Under the pieces are notes generated by a model. It saw nothing but the letters and a program-made list of their open reading frames with translations. It did no database searches and was not told the origin of the DNA. Shown piece after piece: positions 1 through 9,013 of a stretch of 32,000 bases of DNA. This DNA comes from Limnochordales bacterium (GTDB lineage: Bacteria; Bacillota; Limnochordia; Limnochordales; Geochordaceae), in NCBI GenBank assembly GCA_036562495.1, contig DATCKA010000068.1, forward strand, positions 1-32,000, written 5' to 3'. Numbering within the stretch: position 1 is the stretch's first letter; each line of letters opens with the position of its first letter. A program made the position numbers and the translations under genes.

Positions 1-683
1 CGCTGCACGCTCTCGACCGCCAGGTCGTTGACAGCGCTCAACGACTGCCCCAGGCCCTCCTGGGTGCTGCGCAAGGCCTCGATGTCGGCCATGAGCTGCT
101 CCACGCGCCGGTTGAGCACGGAGCGGATGGCATCGAGGTCACCGCGCACGGCGGCCAGATCCACGTCGAGCCCGAGTTGCTGTTGCAGCTCCTCGGCGAC
201 GATAGCCGCGATGGCGTTGCGCACCTCGTCGTTCATCTCGAGCGACTGCTCGACCACGACGCGCTCCGTCACCTGCGGCTGCCGCTCCACCACGACCCGC
301 TCCACCGTCGTGGGCGACTGCGCCAGCTTCTCCTCCAGCATCTGGGTCACCCGGGCCATCACGCGCTGGGTGACGTCGGCCGCGACCTGCGCGGACAGAC
401 CCTGGAACTCACCGGCCACGTCCTGGCGGATGACGTTTTCGAGCCGGGTCAGCATGCGGGAGAAGACCATGGCAGCCTCGTAGCGGGTCAGCATCCGAGA
501 GCCGCCAAACGTGCCGTCGGGATACCCCTGGACCAATCCCGCGGCCGCCAGGTTGGCGATGGCCTCATAAGCCCAGTGCCCCTCGGGGACGTCGACGAAC
601 GGGCTCTCCGCCGCCAGCGCCGGGGGCACCATGAGCGCCAGCGCCACCATTGCGATCACGACCGCCAGGCCCTTGCGCCACAT
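1..683 (-). CDS. SLH (S-layer homology) domain protein with signal peptide and long helical region. OmpM-like outer-membrane tether. The 3' end runs off the window.
   Basis: Absent from the ORF track because it is open at the window edge. My minus-strand translation from ATG 683..681 gives MWRKGLAVVIAMVALALMVPPALAAESPFVDVPEGHWAYEAIANLAAAGLVQGYPDGTFGGSRMLTRYEAAMVFSRML. That is a signal peptide followed by a canonical SLH motif, then helical, coiled-coil-like sequence to position 1. A GGAGGGGG SD-like run lies about 12 nt upstream. A C-terminal porin barrel is not visible, so OmpM identity is inferred. Confidence 0.8.
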   Translation of the reverse strand, partial: MWRKGLAVVIAMVALALMVPPALAAESPFVDVPEGHWAYEAIANLAAAGLVQGYPDGTFGGSRMLTRYEAAMVFSRMLTRLENVIRQDVAGEFQGLSAQVAADVTQRVMARVTQMLEEKLAQSPTTVERVVVERQPQVTERVVVEQSLEMNDEVRNAIAAIVAEELQQQLGLDVDLAAVRGDLDAIRSVLNRRVEQLMADIEALRSTQEGLGQSLSAVNDLAVESVQ

Positions 684-858
684 CGTAGAGCGTAACCCCC
701 TCCACAACGTCATCGACACCCACCGCCAAGACCGGACACGGCCCGTGACCGCGGCCGTCGAGGCCTGGCTCGGAGCCGGTCGCCTTCCGGGCTGTGTGGA
801 CGCATTCGCCGGGACCCACGGTTGTGGTTTGATTCTCTGGGCCGGCCACCAGGTCCTG

Positions 859-2205
859 CTACCCCGAACGGGGACTCCCAACTTTGCCAGCCTGCGATGC
901 GTCGGAGAGCGCCTCGACGTCCAGGCGGATGGAGAGCGGGCCCTCCGTGTTGTAGGTGTCGCGCTCCGCCCGGGCGACGACACGGGCGGGGCTCCCCAAC
1001 TGCCGGAGCTCCTCCACCACCCGCACGAACTCCTCCGCGCTCACCAACTTGCCCACGGTGCCGTCGGGTCCGGTCACCATGCCGCCGTACGCGATGGCCA
1101 GCTCGTTGGTGCGTCCCAAGAGCGCCAGGACCTGATCCTCGACGCGCTCCCGGGTCGGGTCGACGATGGCCTCCGCCACGACCTGCCCGGCCTGGTACGC
1201 GAGGCCCCTGGGAATCAGCTCGATCTGGACGACCACGGCCTCGCCCGCCAGGGTGTTGCCGTCAACCCTGGCCCGCACGACCCATGTGCCCTTGCCACCG
1301 GCAAGCGTGGCCAGGCTCTCGTCGAACTCGTCGGACCGAAGCCGTACGACGCTCCCCTGTGCTCCCTCCCCTCCCTGGGCCTGCTCCATGCGGGCCGACG
1401 CCACCGCCTCGACCCGCCGCAGGAATGCCAGCAGGCTCTCGCGCGCCCCCTCGGCCGTACCGTCGGACGTGATCACCTCGGACAGGATGATCTCGCCGTG
1501 CCGGTAGACGAGGCTGCCGTAGTGCAGCCGCTGGGCCGTCCCCCACAGCGCGATGATGGCGTCGCTCAGCTCCTGCTCGGTGCGACGCAACGATGCCACC
1601 TGCTGTTCGAGGTCCTGCACCCGCGCGGCCAGGGTCTCGCCCAGCTCTTGCAGTTGCTGCACCCGCGCCACCTGGAAGGCGAGGTCCTGCCGGGTCTTCT
1701 CCAGGCGCTGCTGGGTCTGGGCCAGCTCCTGGCGGGCGGAGGCGAGGTCCTCTTGGACCTGATCGAGCAGGGTCTGCGCCTGCTTTAGCTCGGCCTCCGC
1801 CCGGGCCCGCTCCTGCATCGCCGCGTCTCGTTGGGCCTCGGCCTCGTCCCGGGCGGCGGTCGCCTCTGCCAGCGCCCGCTGCCGCCGGTCGAGCTCCTGC
1901 TGGAGCGCCTCCAGCTGTCGGCGGTTTTCGGCCAGCACCGCGTGGATCTCGTCGATGCGAAAGAGGGCCAGGCGCACCTCGTTGGAGGCGGCCATCAGCA
2001 TCCCCAGGGACACGGCGGCGATGACGACGCCCGTCAGGACCGTGATCACCACCGAGGTGTGGCGAGGCCGCAACCCGAAGAGGGTCAGCCGCCTCCGGCC
2101 CACCCGCATGCCGACCCGGTCCCCGATGAAGGCGATGAGCCCCGCCATCACCAGCAGGGCCCCGATCAACGCCACGCTGTAGATGGCCCGGCCCCCCTCG
2201 CCCAC
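859..2205 (-). CDS. DUF3084-like membrane-anchored coiled-coil protein
   Basis: 448-aa ORF with a GTG start. The N-terminus has two TM segments flanking IGDRVGMRVGRRRLTLFGLRPRHTSVVITVLTG, a motif I associate with the DUF3084 family. A ~150-aa Q/E/R/A/L-rich coiled coil follows, then an alpha/beta C-terminal domain. The start codon choice is uncertain. Confidence 0.6.
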   Translation of the reverse strand: MGEGGRAIYSVALIGALLVMAGLIAFIGDRVGMRVGRRRLTLFGLRPRHTSVVITVLTGVVIAAVSLGMLMAASNEVRLALFRIDEIHAVLAENRRQLEALQQELDRRQRALAEATAARDEAEAQRDAAMQERARAEAELKQAQTLLDQVQEDLASARQELAQTQQRLEKTRQDLAFQVARVQQLQELGETLAARVQDLEQQVASLRRTEQELSDAIIALWGTAQRLHYGSLVYRHGEIILSEVITSDGTAEGARESLLAFLRRVEAVASARMEQAQGGEGAQGSVVRLRSDEFDESLATLAGGKGTWVVRARVDGNTLAGEAVVVQIELIPRGLAYQAGQVVAEAIVDPTRERVEDQVLALLGRTNELAIAYGGMVTGPDGTVGKLVSAEEFVRVVEELRQLGSPARVVARAERDTYNTEGPLSIRLDVEALSDASQAGKVGSPRSG

Positions 2206-2259
2206 GCGGCGTACCGACGCGCCCGCCTCGCCGGTCGCCTCTACACCTATTCGTTCGGA

Positions 2260-3018
2260 CTACAGCGAAAAGGTTTCACCCAGGTAGTAGCGCCGCGCCA
2301 CCGCATCACGGGCCACCTCCTGCGAAGGGCCCTCCACCAGGATCCGGCCCTGGTGGATGATGTAGGCCCGGTCCGTGATGGCCAGCGTCTCCCGCACGTT
2401 GTGATCCGTGATCAGCACGGCCATCCCCTGCCCCACCAGGGCCCGCACGATCTGTTGCAGATCGGCCACGGAGATGGGGTCGACCCCGGTGAAGGGCTCG
2501 TCCAGCAGCAAGAGCCGCGGCTCGAGCGCCATGGCCCTGGCGATCTCCGCCCGGCGCCGTTCCCCGCCCGAGAGGGTGTCGGCCCGCGCTCCACGCAGCT
2601 CCGCCAGCCCAAACCGCTCCAGCGCTTCCAGCGCCCGGCGCCGCCGCTCGGACGGGCCCCATCCCTTGAGCTCCAGGACCGCCTCGACGTTTTGCTGCAC
2701 CGTCATGCGCCGAAAGATGGACGGCTCCTGGGCCAGGTAGGCCAGCCCGAGACGGCACCGTCGGTAGACGGGCAACCCGGTGATGTCACGGCCGTCCAGC
2801 AGGATCTGCCCGCCGTCGGGCCGCACCAGCCCCACCACCAGATAGAAGGTCGTGGTCTTGCCTGCGCCGTTGGGCCCCAGCAGCCCCACGACCTCCCCCG
2901 GTCGCACCTCGAGGCTGACGCCGTCGACGACGGCCCGTCCCCCGTAGCGCTTGACCAGCTGGCGCGCCTCCAGCAGCGGACGTCCTGCTGCGGCGGGCCG
3001 GGTCGCCGGGGCGTTCAC
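2260..3018 (-). CDS. lptB: LPS export ABC transporter ATP-binding protein LptB
   Basis: The C-terminal 252 aa of track ORF 2260..3483 carry LLGPNGAGKTTTFY (Walker A), LSGGERRRAEIARAL, LLLLDEPFTGVDP, ITDHNVRE and the ending RRYYLGETFSL. The start was re-derived as GTG 3018..3016, overlapping the upstream TGA (GTGA). The 155-aa upstream extension in the track is R/G/P-rich and overlaps the epimerase gene. Confidence 0.9.
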   Translation of the reverse strand: MNAPATRPAAAGRPLLEARQLVKRYGGRAVVDGVSLEVRPGEVVGLLGPNGAGKTTTFYLVVGLVRPDGGQILLDGRDITGLPVYRRCRLGLAYLAQEPSIFRRMTVQQNVEAVLELKGWGPSERRRRALEALERFGLAELRGARADTLSGGERRRAEIARAMALEPRLLLLDEPFTGVDPISVADLQQIVRALVGQGMAVLITDHNVRETLAITDRAYIIHQGRILVEGPSQEVARDAVARRYYLGETFSL

Positions 3019-3998
3019 GATGCCTCGCGGCGGCTCATGGCTCCGAGCGTCCGCCGCAGCCCCTCCTCCAACCCGACGGACGCCCGCCACCCCAGCCCGT
3101 CGGCGGCCTGGCGCACGTCGAGCCGGCTGTGGCGGATGTCGCCGGGGCGGGCCGGCTGGTGCTCCACCGGCAGGGGCCCCTGCCGGCCGGCCGCCCGCCA
3201 GATGGCCTCGGCCAGCTCCAGCACGCTGGTCTCCTGCCCCGTACCGACGTTGAGGATGCGGCCGGCCGCCGCATCGAGCGTCATGGCCCGCAGGGTGGCC
3301 TCGGCGACGTCCCCGACGTAGACGAAGTCCCGGGTCTGCAGCCCGTCGCCGTGTACGGGTAGCGCTCCCTCGCCCCGCACCACCCGATCCGCGAAGACGG
3401 CCACCACCCCTGCCTCGCCTTGGGCGTCCTGCCGGGGCCCGTAGACGTTGGCGTAGCGCAGCACGACCCAGCCCGCCCCCCACGCCTCCGCCAGCACCCG
3501 CACGTAATGCTCGCCAGCCAGCTTGGAGATGCCGTAGGGCGAGAGAGGGCGCGTCGGGTGTCCCTCGTCGATGGGCAGGTAGGCCGGTGCACCGTACACG
3601 GCTGCCGACGAGGCGAAGATCACGCGCCGCACGCCGGCCTCCCGGCTGGCCAGCAGGATGGCGATCGTGCCGACCACGTTGACGTCGGCATCCAGGACGG
3701 GATCCCCGACGCTGCGCGCCACGCTCACCTGCGCGGCGAGGTGCGCCACCGCGTGGGGCCGAAACCGCACGACGAAGTCACGTGCCTGCGGCGAGCGCAC
3801 GTCCGCGGCGACGAGCTCCGCCTCGGGCGGCACGCGGCTAGCGGACCCCGACGAGAGGTCGTCGACGACCCCGACCCGCCACCCCTCCGCCACCAGGGCC
3901 TCCACCAGGTGCGAGCCGATGAAGCCGGCGCCACCGGTCACCACGGCCCGTGGCCGGCTCCCTCGTCCCATCTCCGACGAGTCGGGCGTCACCCCCAC
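3015..3998 (-). CDS. NAD-dependent epimerase/dehydratase (SDR, GalE-like)
   Basis: VVTGGAGFIGSHLVEAL Rossmann motif, a YGISKLAGE catalytic YxxxK, and about 320 aa in length. A GAGGT SD-like run lies 6-7 nt before GTG 3998. An alternative ATG lies at 3971. Substrate cannot be determined from the sequence. Confidence 0.85.
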   Translation of the reverse strand: MGVTPDSSEMGRGSRPRAVVTGGAGFIGSHLVEALVAEGWRVGVVDDLSSGSASRVPPEAELVAADVRSPQARDFVVRFRPHAVAHLAAQVSVARSVGDPVLDADVNVVGTIAILLASREAGVRRVIFASSAAVYGAPAYLPIDEGHPTRPLSPYGISKLAGEHYVRVLAEAWGAGWVVLRYANVYGPRQDAQGEAGVVAVFADRVVRGEGALPVHGDGLQTRDFVYVGDVAEATLRAMTLDAAAGRILNVGTGQETSVLELAEAIWRAAGRQGPLPVEHQPARPGDIRHSRLDVRQAADGLGWRASVGLEEGLRRTLGAMSRREAS

Positions 3999-4007
3999 CC
4001 CCCAACC

Positions 4008-5753
4008 TCAGGCCGGGACCGCCTGCAGCCGGTACAGCTTGGCGTACCGACCGCCCAGCCGCATCAGCTCCTCGTGGGTGCCGGTCTCCACGATCCGGCC
4101 TCCGTCCATGACCACGATCAGGTCGGCCCGGGCGATGGTCGAGAGGCGGTGCGCCACGATGAAGGTGGTGCGTCCCTCCATCAGGCGCGCCAGCGCCTCC
4201 TGCACCAGGGCCTCCGACTCGGCATCCAGGGCGCTGGTGGCCTCGTCCAGGATCAGCACCCGGGGATTGCGCAACATGGCCCGCGCGATGGCCAGCCTCT
4301 GTCGCTCCCCGCCCGAGAGCCCCGCGCCCAGATCGCCCAGCAGCGTGTCGTACCCCTTGGGCAAGCGCTCGATGAAGGCGGCGGCATTGGCCATCCGGGC
4401 CGCCTCCTCGATCTGTTTCCGGCTCGCCCCCGGGCAGCCGACCGCGATGTTTTCGGCGATGGTCAGGCGAAAGAGCACCGTCTCCTGCGGCACCACCGCC
4501 ACCAGCCGCCGAAGGGAGCTGAGGCGGATGGTGCGCAGGTCGCGCCCGTCCAACGTCACATAGCCCTCGGTCGGGTCGAAGAAGCGCGGCAGCAGGCTCA
4601 CCAGGGTGGTCTTGCCCGCGCCGCTGGGCCCGACGATGGCCACCACCTGCCCCGGCTCCACCTCCAGGTCGATGTCGTGCAGGGACTCGACCTCGGCATC
4701 CTCGTAGCGGAAGCTGACCCCGTGGAAGCCCACCGCTCCCCGCACCTGGTGTGGGCTCAGATCCACGGCGCCCGGGAGATCCGGCGCCTCGGGCGCCTGC
4801 CGCAGGATCTCGGCAGCCCGGTCGGCCGCGGCCACGCCCTGCTGCAACTGGGTGTAGATGCGTCCGATGCTGGCCACGGGGCCGCTCACCAGCCCCAGGT
4901 AGGAGAGGAAGGCGACCAGCTCCCCCGTGGTCAGATGACCGCTGACCACGTCGAGCACCCCGACGTAGACCACCGTCGCCATCGAGGCCAGCATCAACAA
5001 CTCTACCACGGGGAAGGCCGTCGCCATCATCTGTACGGACTTCATGGCGGCGTTGAAGTGCTGCTCGTTGGAGAGCCGGAACCGCTGACGCTGCTGCTCT
5101 TCCAGGGTGAAGGCCTTGACCACCCGGATGGCGCTGAGGCTCTCGTGGAGGATGCCCGCCACGTCGGCCACCTTCTCCTGCGCCTCGCGGGTGTAGCGGC
5201 GGATGAGCCGACCGTACGCCTCGACCGCCAGCCCCGCCAGGGGCAGCACGAGGAAGGCGACCAGCGCGAGCCGCCACCGCACGTAGAAGACCACCGCGGT
5301 GGTGCCCAACAGCAACGCGAGGTTTTGCACCAGGTCCGACAGGCCCGGTGTCAGGGCGCTCTGGATCAGGGTCAGGTCCGAGGTGATGCGCGAGACCTGC
5401 TCGCCCACGCGCCGGCGCTGCAGGTAGCCGACCGACAGGCGCTGCAGGTGATCGTGCAGGCGCGCCCGCAAGTCTGCCACCGCCCGCTGCCCGGCGTAAG
5501 CCATCAGGTAGGTGGCGCCAAACTGGGCCACCCCCTTGACCACGTAGATGAGCGCCGTCAGCAGCAGGACGGTGCGGAGCTCCTGCAGGTCCCTGGTGCC
5601 CAGCACCTGGTCGAAGAGGCCCCTTCCCACCACCAGGGGGAGGACCAGGGTGCCTGCCACCGTCAACAACAGGCAAAGGGTCCCGCCTATGAGGGGCACG
5701 CTATGGCGGCGGATCTCCCCCCACAAGAGCCTTCCGCCGGTCAGCGCCCTCAC
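4008..5753 (-). CDS. msbA: ABC exporter with fused TMD-NBD; MsbA-like lipid A flippase candidate
   Basis: 581 aa counted from GTG 5753..5751, which forms a GTGA overlap with the upstream stop. It has a six-TM type-IV exporter N-half, then GPSGAGKTTLVSLL, LSGGERQRLAIARA, ILILDEATSALD and IVAHRLST. The MsbA assignment rests on its position between lpxB and lptB. The track's 160-aa N-terminal extension is rejected. Confidence 0.7.
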   Translation of the reverse strand: MRALTGGRLLWGEIRRHSVPLIGGTLCLLLTVAGTLVLPLVVGRGLFDQVLGTRDLQELRTVLLLTALIYVVKGVAQFGATYLMAYAGQRAVADLRARLHDHLQRLSVGYLQRRRVGEQVSRITSDLTLIQSALTPGLSDLVQNLALLLGTTAVVFYVRWRLALVAFLVLPLAGLAVEAYGRLIRRYTREAQEKVADVAGILHESLSAIRVVKAFTLEEQQRQRFRLSNEQHFNAAMKSVQMMATAFPVVELLMLASMATVVYVGVLDVVSGHLTTGELVAFLSYLGLVSGPVASIGRIYTQLQQGVAAADRAAEILRQAPEAPDLPGAVDLSPHQVRGAVGFHGVSFRYEDAEVESLHDIDLEVEPGQVVAIVGPSGAGKTTLVSLLPRFFDPTEGYVTLDGRDLRTIRLSSLRRLVAVVPQETVLFRLTIAENIAVGCPGASRKQIEEAARMANAAAFIERLPKGYDTLLGDLGAGLSGGERQRLAIARAMLRNPRVLILDEATSALDAESEALVQEALARLMEGRTTFIVAHRLSTIARADLIVVMDGGRIVETGTHEELMRLGGRYAKLYRLQAVPA

Positions 5754-6979
5754 GAGGCCATCGCCTCCGAAAGGCCCAGCCGAGCCCAGACGCGGTCCAC
5801 GATGCGGGCGGCCGCGCCTTTCGGCCCCATGGCCTGGCGCAGCGCCACCCCCACGGCGCGCCGCCTGGCCTCGTCCTGGAGCAGCGCCACTGCCTGCACG
5901 GCGATGGCCTCGGGGCCTATCTCCCCCACCAGCTCCGGTCCGATGGCACGACCCGCCCGCCGCGACGGGATGGCGAGGGGCCCCACCCGGTGAGCCACGC
6001 GCCGCACGAAGGCCGCTTTGAGCCGCGGCCCCACCCCGGGCAGGTCGCCCAGGCGACCGATCAGCCCCTCCAGCGGGATCAGATCGGGGCGATGCAATGG
6101 CAATACCGTGATCGTAGGTACCCCCAATGCTCCCAGCTCGGCCGTCACCGTGCCGGGCACTGTGATGGCGACGTCGCACCGTGCCATGGCGGCTCCCCGG
6201 GCAGCGCCGTCCCATCCGTCCTCCCGGACCCACTCGACGGCGCGCGCCTCCTCGTCGGGCACGGCGCCGAGCGCCTGCTCGAGAGCCGTCTGCGAGGCGA
6301 AGGGCGAGACCACCGCCACGACGCGGATGGGTCGGCCCAGGCGCCTCCGAATGATGGCCGCCGCTTCGATAAACATGGGCAGGACCCAGCGTATCTCAAA
6401 GTCCCGGCTGCCCGCAAACAGGCCCACCGTGACAGACCCATCCGCGACGGGCTCCGGGGCCCGGGACGATCTGGCAGCCACCGCGTCCACCACGAGGTCG
6501 CCGACCACCTCGACGCGCTGCGCCGGCGCGCCCATCTGCATCGCCTTGCGCGCGGCGGCCTCGTTGGGCACGAAGAAGCGCTCGTAAGCCCACAGCCACC
6601 GTGCCCGTCCCTCCGTGTAGGCCATGGCGGCGTAGCCCAACCGTCGCGCCACCCATGCCGCGTAAAAGAGATCTCCGCCCAGGAAGAGCACCAGGCCGCG
6701 CCGGGCCGGTCTGTAGCCTGCCGGCCACCGGCCCCGCAGGAGGACGGCCCACATGTCGTCGGGCCCGTAGAGGCCGTCCCAGGGGCCCAGCGCCTCCAGG
6801 GCCGGGAGCTCTCGACCCGAGGCGAAGTTGCAGGGAGGCGCCCAGGCGATCAGCCTCAGCCCTGGGATCGGTCGCTCTTGGAGGCGCCGACGAATCTCCG
6901 TCACCACCGGGAAGAGCCAGCCCGCGATCTCGCCCGGCCCGTTGGCCGTCAGGATGAGGTCGACGGGCTCGGCGCTCAT
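5750..6979 (-). CDS. Lipid-A-disaccharide synthase-related glycosyltransferase (LpxB paralogue, GT-B-like)
   Basis: 409 aa from ATG 6979..6977, an ATGA overlap with the lpxB stop. The N-terminus LILTANGPGEIAGWLFPVV parallels the LpxB AGEASGD region, and the length and architecture are LpxB-like. Family assignment (the cyanobacterial 'LpxB-related' type) is from memory of that family and has not been searched. Confidence 0.5.
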   Translation of the reverse strand: MSAEPVDLILTANGPGEIAGWLFPVVTEIRRRLQERPIPGLRLIAWAPPCNFASGRELPALEALGPWDGLYGPDDMWAVLLRGRWPAGYRPARRGLVLFLGGDLFYAAWVARRLGYAAMAYTEGRARWLWAYERFFVPNEAAARKAMQMGAPAQRVEVVGDLVVDAVAARSSRAPEPVADGSVTVGLFAGSRDFEIRWVLPMFIEAAAIIRRRLGRPIRVVAVVSPFASQTALEQALGAVPDEEARAVEWVREDGWDGAARGAAMARCDVAITVPGTVTAELGALGVPTITVLPLHRPDLIPLEGLIGRLGDLPGVGPRLKAAFVRRVAHRVGPLAIPSRRAGRAIGPELVGEIGPEAIAVQAVALLQDEARRRAVGVALRQAMGPKGAAARIVDRVWARLGLSEAMAS

Positions 6980-8154
6980 CCTGCAGCCACCTCCAGCACC
7001 AGGCGGGCCGCGCGGGCGGTCGCTCCGGGACTGCCGAGGCGGGCCCGGACCGCCTCGAGGTCCTGACGCTCCCGCTCCAGCCGCTCCGGTGACTGGAGCC
7101 TCTCCAGCACCGCCTGTGCGACGCGCTCGGGCCGGGCGTCGTGCTGGACCAGCTCTTCCACCAGGCGACGCTGAGCTATGATGTTGGGCAACGCGATGTG
7201 AGGTACCCTGACGAGGCGCCGCGCCAGCAGGTAGCTGGGCTCCGACACCCGATAGACCACGACCATGGGCACCTGCCACAACGCGGTCTGCAGCGTGGCC
7301 GTACCCGAACAGACCACCGCGAGGTCCGCGGCCGACAGCGCCTGCCAGATGCCCCCGCCCACCAGCCGGATGCCCGCCTCCCGGTGAGCGCTGCCTCCCC
7401 TGGCCTCCAGCAGGCGGGGGTCGATGCCGGGCGCGACCGAGGCCACGAAGCGCACGCCCGGTCGAGCCGCCCGCACCATCCGGGCCGCCTCGGCCATCAT
7501 GGGGTAGAGCTGCTGGATCTCCTGCATCCGGCTGCCCGGCAGCAGGGCCACCAGGCGCTCGCCCTCGCCGAGTCCCATTCGCCGGCGAGCCTCGTCCCTG
7601 GGAGGCCGGTCCGGCACGTCGTCCAGGATCGGGTGCCCCAGCCATGTGGCCCGGGCTCCGGCCTCACGGTACAGCGGCACTTCGAAGTCGAAGGCGCAGA
7701 TCACCTGCCGGGCGAACCCGGCCACCACCCGGGCACGCCCGGCCCCCCAGGCCCAGACCGCGGGGGCGATGTAGTAGACGACAGGGATCCCGAGTTCGGC
7801 CAGGGCCGGCCCGAGCCTCAGGTTGAAGCCGGGGAAGTCGATGAGCACCGCCACCGCTGGCCGAAAACGCCGGGCCGCCTCGACCAGCCGCCCCATCACG
7901 CGCCGCAACACCGGCAGCTGACGCAGCGACTCGGTGAAGCCCACGGCGCCCCGTCCCGTGGTGTCGTAGAGCAGGTGGACGCCACTCGCGCGCATGGCGC
8001 GGCCGCCCATGCCGAAGAGCCGCACCTCCGGCGCCTGGGCCTTGAGTTGCCTGGCCAGGGTGGCACCGTAGCCGTCGCCGGAGGCCTCGCCGGCCACCAT
8101 CATCACTCGCAGACGCTGTCGAGTCGGGGCCAGGCCCCCCTCAGAAGGCGACAA
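6976..8154 (-). CDS. lpxB: Lipid-A-disaccharide synthase LpxB
   Basis: VMMVAGEASGDGYGATLARQLK, LFGMGG, LIDFPGFNLRL, VVYYIAPAVWAWG, and about 390 aa. TTG start at 8154 gives a 14-nt overlap with lpxI. An alternative GTG/ATG start lies about 16 codons downstream. Confidence 0.9.
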   Translation of the reverse strand: MSPSEGGLAPTRQRLRVMMVAGEASGDGYGATLARQLKAQAPEVRLFGMGGRAMRASGVHLLYDTTGRGAVGFTESLRQLPVLRRVMGRLVEAARRFRPAVAVLIDFPGFNLRLGPALAELGIPVVYYIAPAVWAWGAGRARVVAGFARQVICAFDFEVPLYREAGARATWLGHPILDDVPDRPPRDEARRRMGLGEGERLVALLPGSRMQEIQQLYPMMAEAARMVRAARPGVRFVASVAPGIDPRLLEARGGSAHREAGIRLVGGGIWQALSAADLAVVCSGTATLQTALWQVPMVVVYRVSEPSYLLARRLVRVPHIALPNIIAQRRLVEELVQHDARPERVAQAVLERLQSPERLERERQDLEAVRARLGSPGATARAARLVLEVAAG

Positions 8155-9013
8155 TGGCGATCCCGGCCCTGTCCGCCGCCCGCACCACGCGCTCCCGGTG
8201 AAGGAGCAGGCACCGGTGGGCCTCGACGGCGAGGCACGAGGCCCGCGCGGCCCGCATGGCGCGCAGCGTGTCCGGCCCGATCACCGGGGTGTCGAAGCGC
8301 AGATCCTGGTCAGGGCGGCTCACCTTGACCACCACCGAGCCCGGCCCCGCCAGCCGACCCGCCCGGCGGATGGTCGCGTCGGTCCCCTCCGCTGACGCCT
8401 CCACCGCCAGCACCGTGCCATGCCGCACCACCACGGTCTGTCCGATGTCGAGCGCCGCCACCTCCCGGGCAAGCCGGCGCCCTACCTCGATGTCGGCCGT
8501 CTCACGGGCGTCGGGCGCGCGTCGAGTCAAGACGCCGGGTTGGGCCAGGAGATGACCCAACAGCTCGTGCTGGCTGCCCAGGCGGATCCCCCGCCGCTCC
8601 AGAGCCTCGGCGAAGAGCCGCGAGAGGTCCTGATCCTCGAGGAAGCGGCCCTGCTCGTACAGAGCCCGACCTTCTCCCGCAGCCGCCTGCTCGAAGAGAG
8701 CCGACGCCGCCACGCGATTGACCTTGCCGGCGGCGTACACCGCCCGGACCCCGTGTCGGCAAAACGTCTCCACCACTCGCTCCCAGTCGGCAGGGCTGAG
8801 CCGATACGCATGCACCCGACCCTCGAGGCTGGGCCCGATGCTTGTCTCCCCGTGGCGACGGGGCTGGCCCATGTCGAGCTCCACCACCACGACTCCCAGC
8901 CCTCGTGCCAGGGCCGCTTGCACCATGGCTCCAGGAAGCTCGCCGTCCCCCGCCACCACGCCGACCCAGCCGGCAGGGTCCGACCGGTGCGCGGACTCGT
9001 CCAGGACGCTCAC
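8141..9013 (-). CDS. lpxI: UDP-2,3-diacylglucosamine pyrophosphatase LpxI (DUF1009 family)
   Basis: VGVVAGDGELPGAMV N-terminus and DIGQTVVVRHGTVLAVEASAEGTDATIRRAG...VVVKVSRPDQDLRFDTPVIGPDT, the characteristic LpxI C-domain motif. The start was re-derived as GTG 9013..9011 (GTGA overlap with the lpxA stop). Confidence 0.85.
   Translation of the reverse strand: MSVLDESAHRSDPAGWVGVVAGDGELPGAMVQAALARGLGVVVVELDMGQPRRHGETSIGPSLEGRVHAYRLSPADWERVVETFCRHGVRAVYAAGKVNRVAASALFEQAAAGEGRALYEQGRFLEDQDLSRLFAEALERRGIRLGSQHELLGHLLAQPGVLTRRAPDARETADIEVGRRLAREVAALDIGQTVVVRHGTVLAVEASAEGTDATIRRAGRLAGPGSVVVKVSRPDQDLRFDTPVIGPDTLRAMRAARASCLAVEAHRCLLLHRERVVRAADRAGIAIVAF

Noticed and set aside
684-858. Possible terminator, promoter or structured RNA in the largest intergenic gap (nested stems GACCGG...CCGGTC and ACGGCC-N9-GGCCGT on the minus strand)
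   Set aside because: The stems are short for such GC-rich DNA and could arise by chance. No U-run follows them, and I found no -35/-10 pair close to consensus. I noted only the SD-like GGAGGGGG before the SLH gene and did not call a feature.
631-3321. Plus-strand ORFs 631..1788 (385 aa) and 1831..3321 (496 aa), plus many shorter plus-strand ORFs throughout the window
   Set aside because: All lie antisense to minus-strand genes with clear family signatures (DUF3084-like, lptB, epimerase). The codon pattern (G/C at third positions) fits the minus-strand frames. The translations are Arg/Pro/Gly-rich.
3420-5993. 857-aa plus-strand ORF, the longest plus-strand ORF in the track
   Set aside because: It lies antisense to the epimerase and msbA-like genes, which carry unambiguous conserved motifs. 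Its translation is R/G/P/H/A-rich low-complexity sequence with no recognisable motif. Long stop-free antisense frames are expected in DNA this GC-rich.
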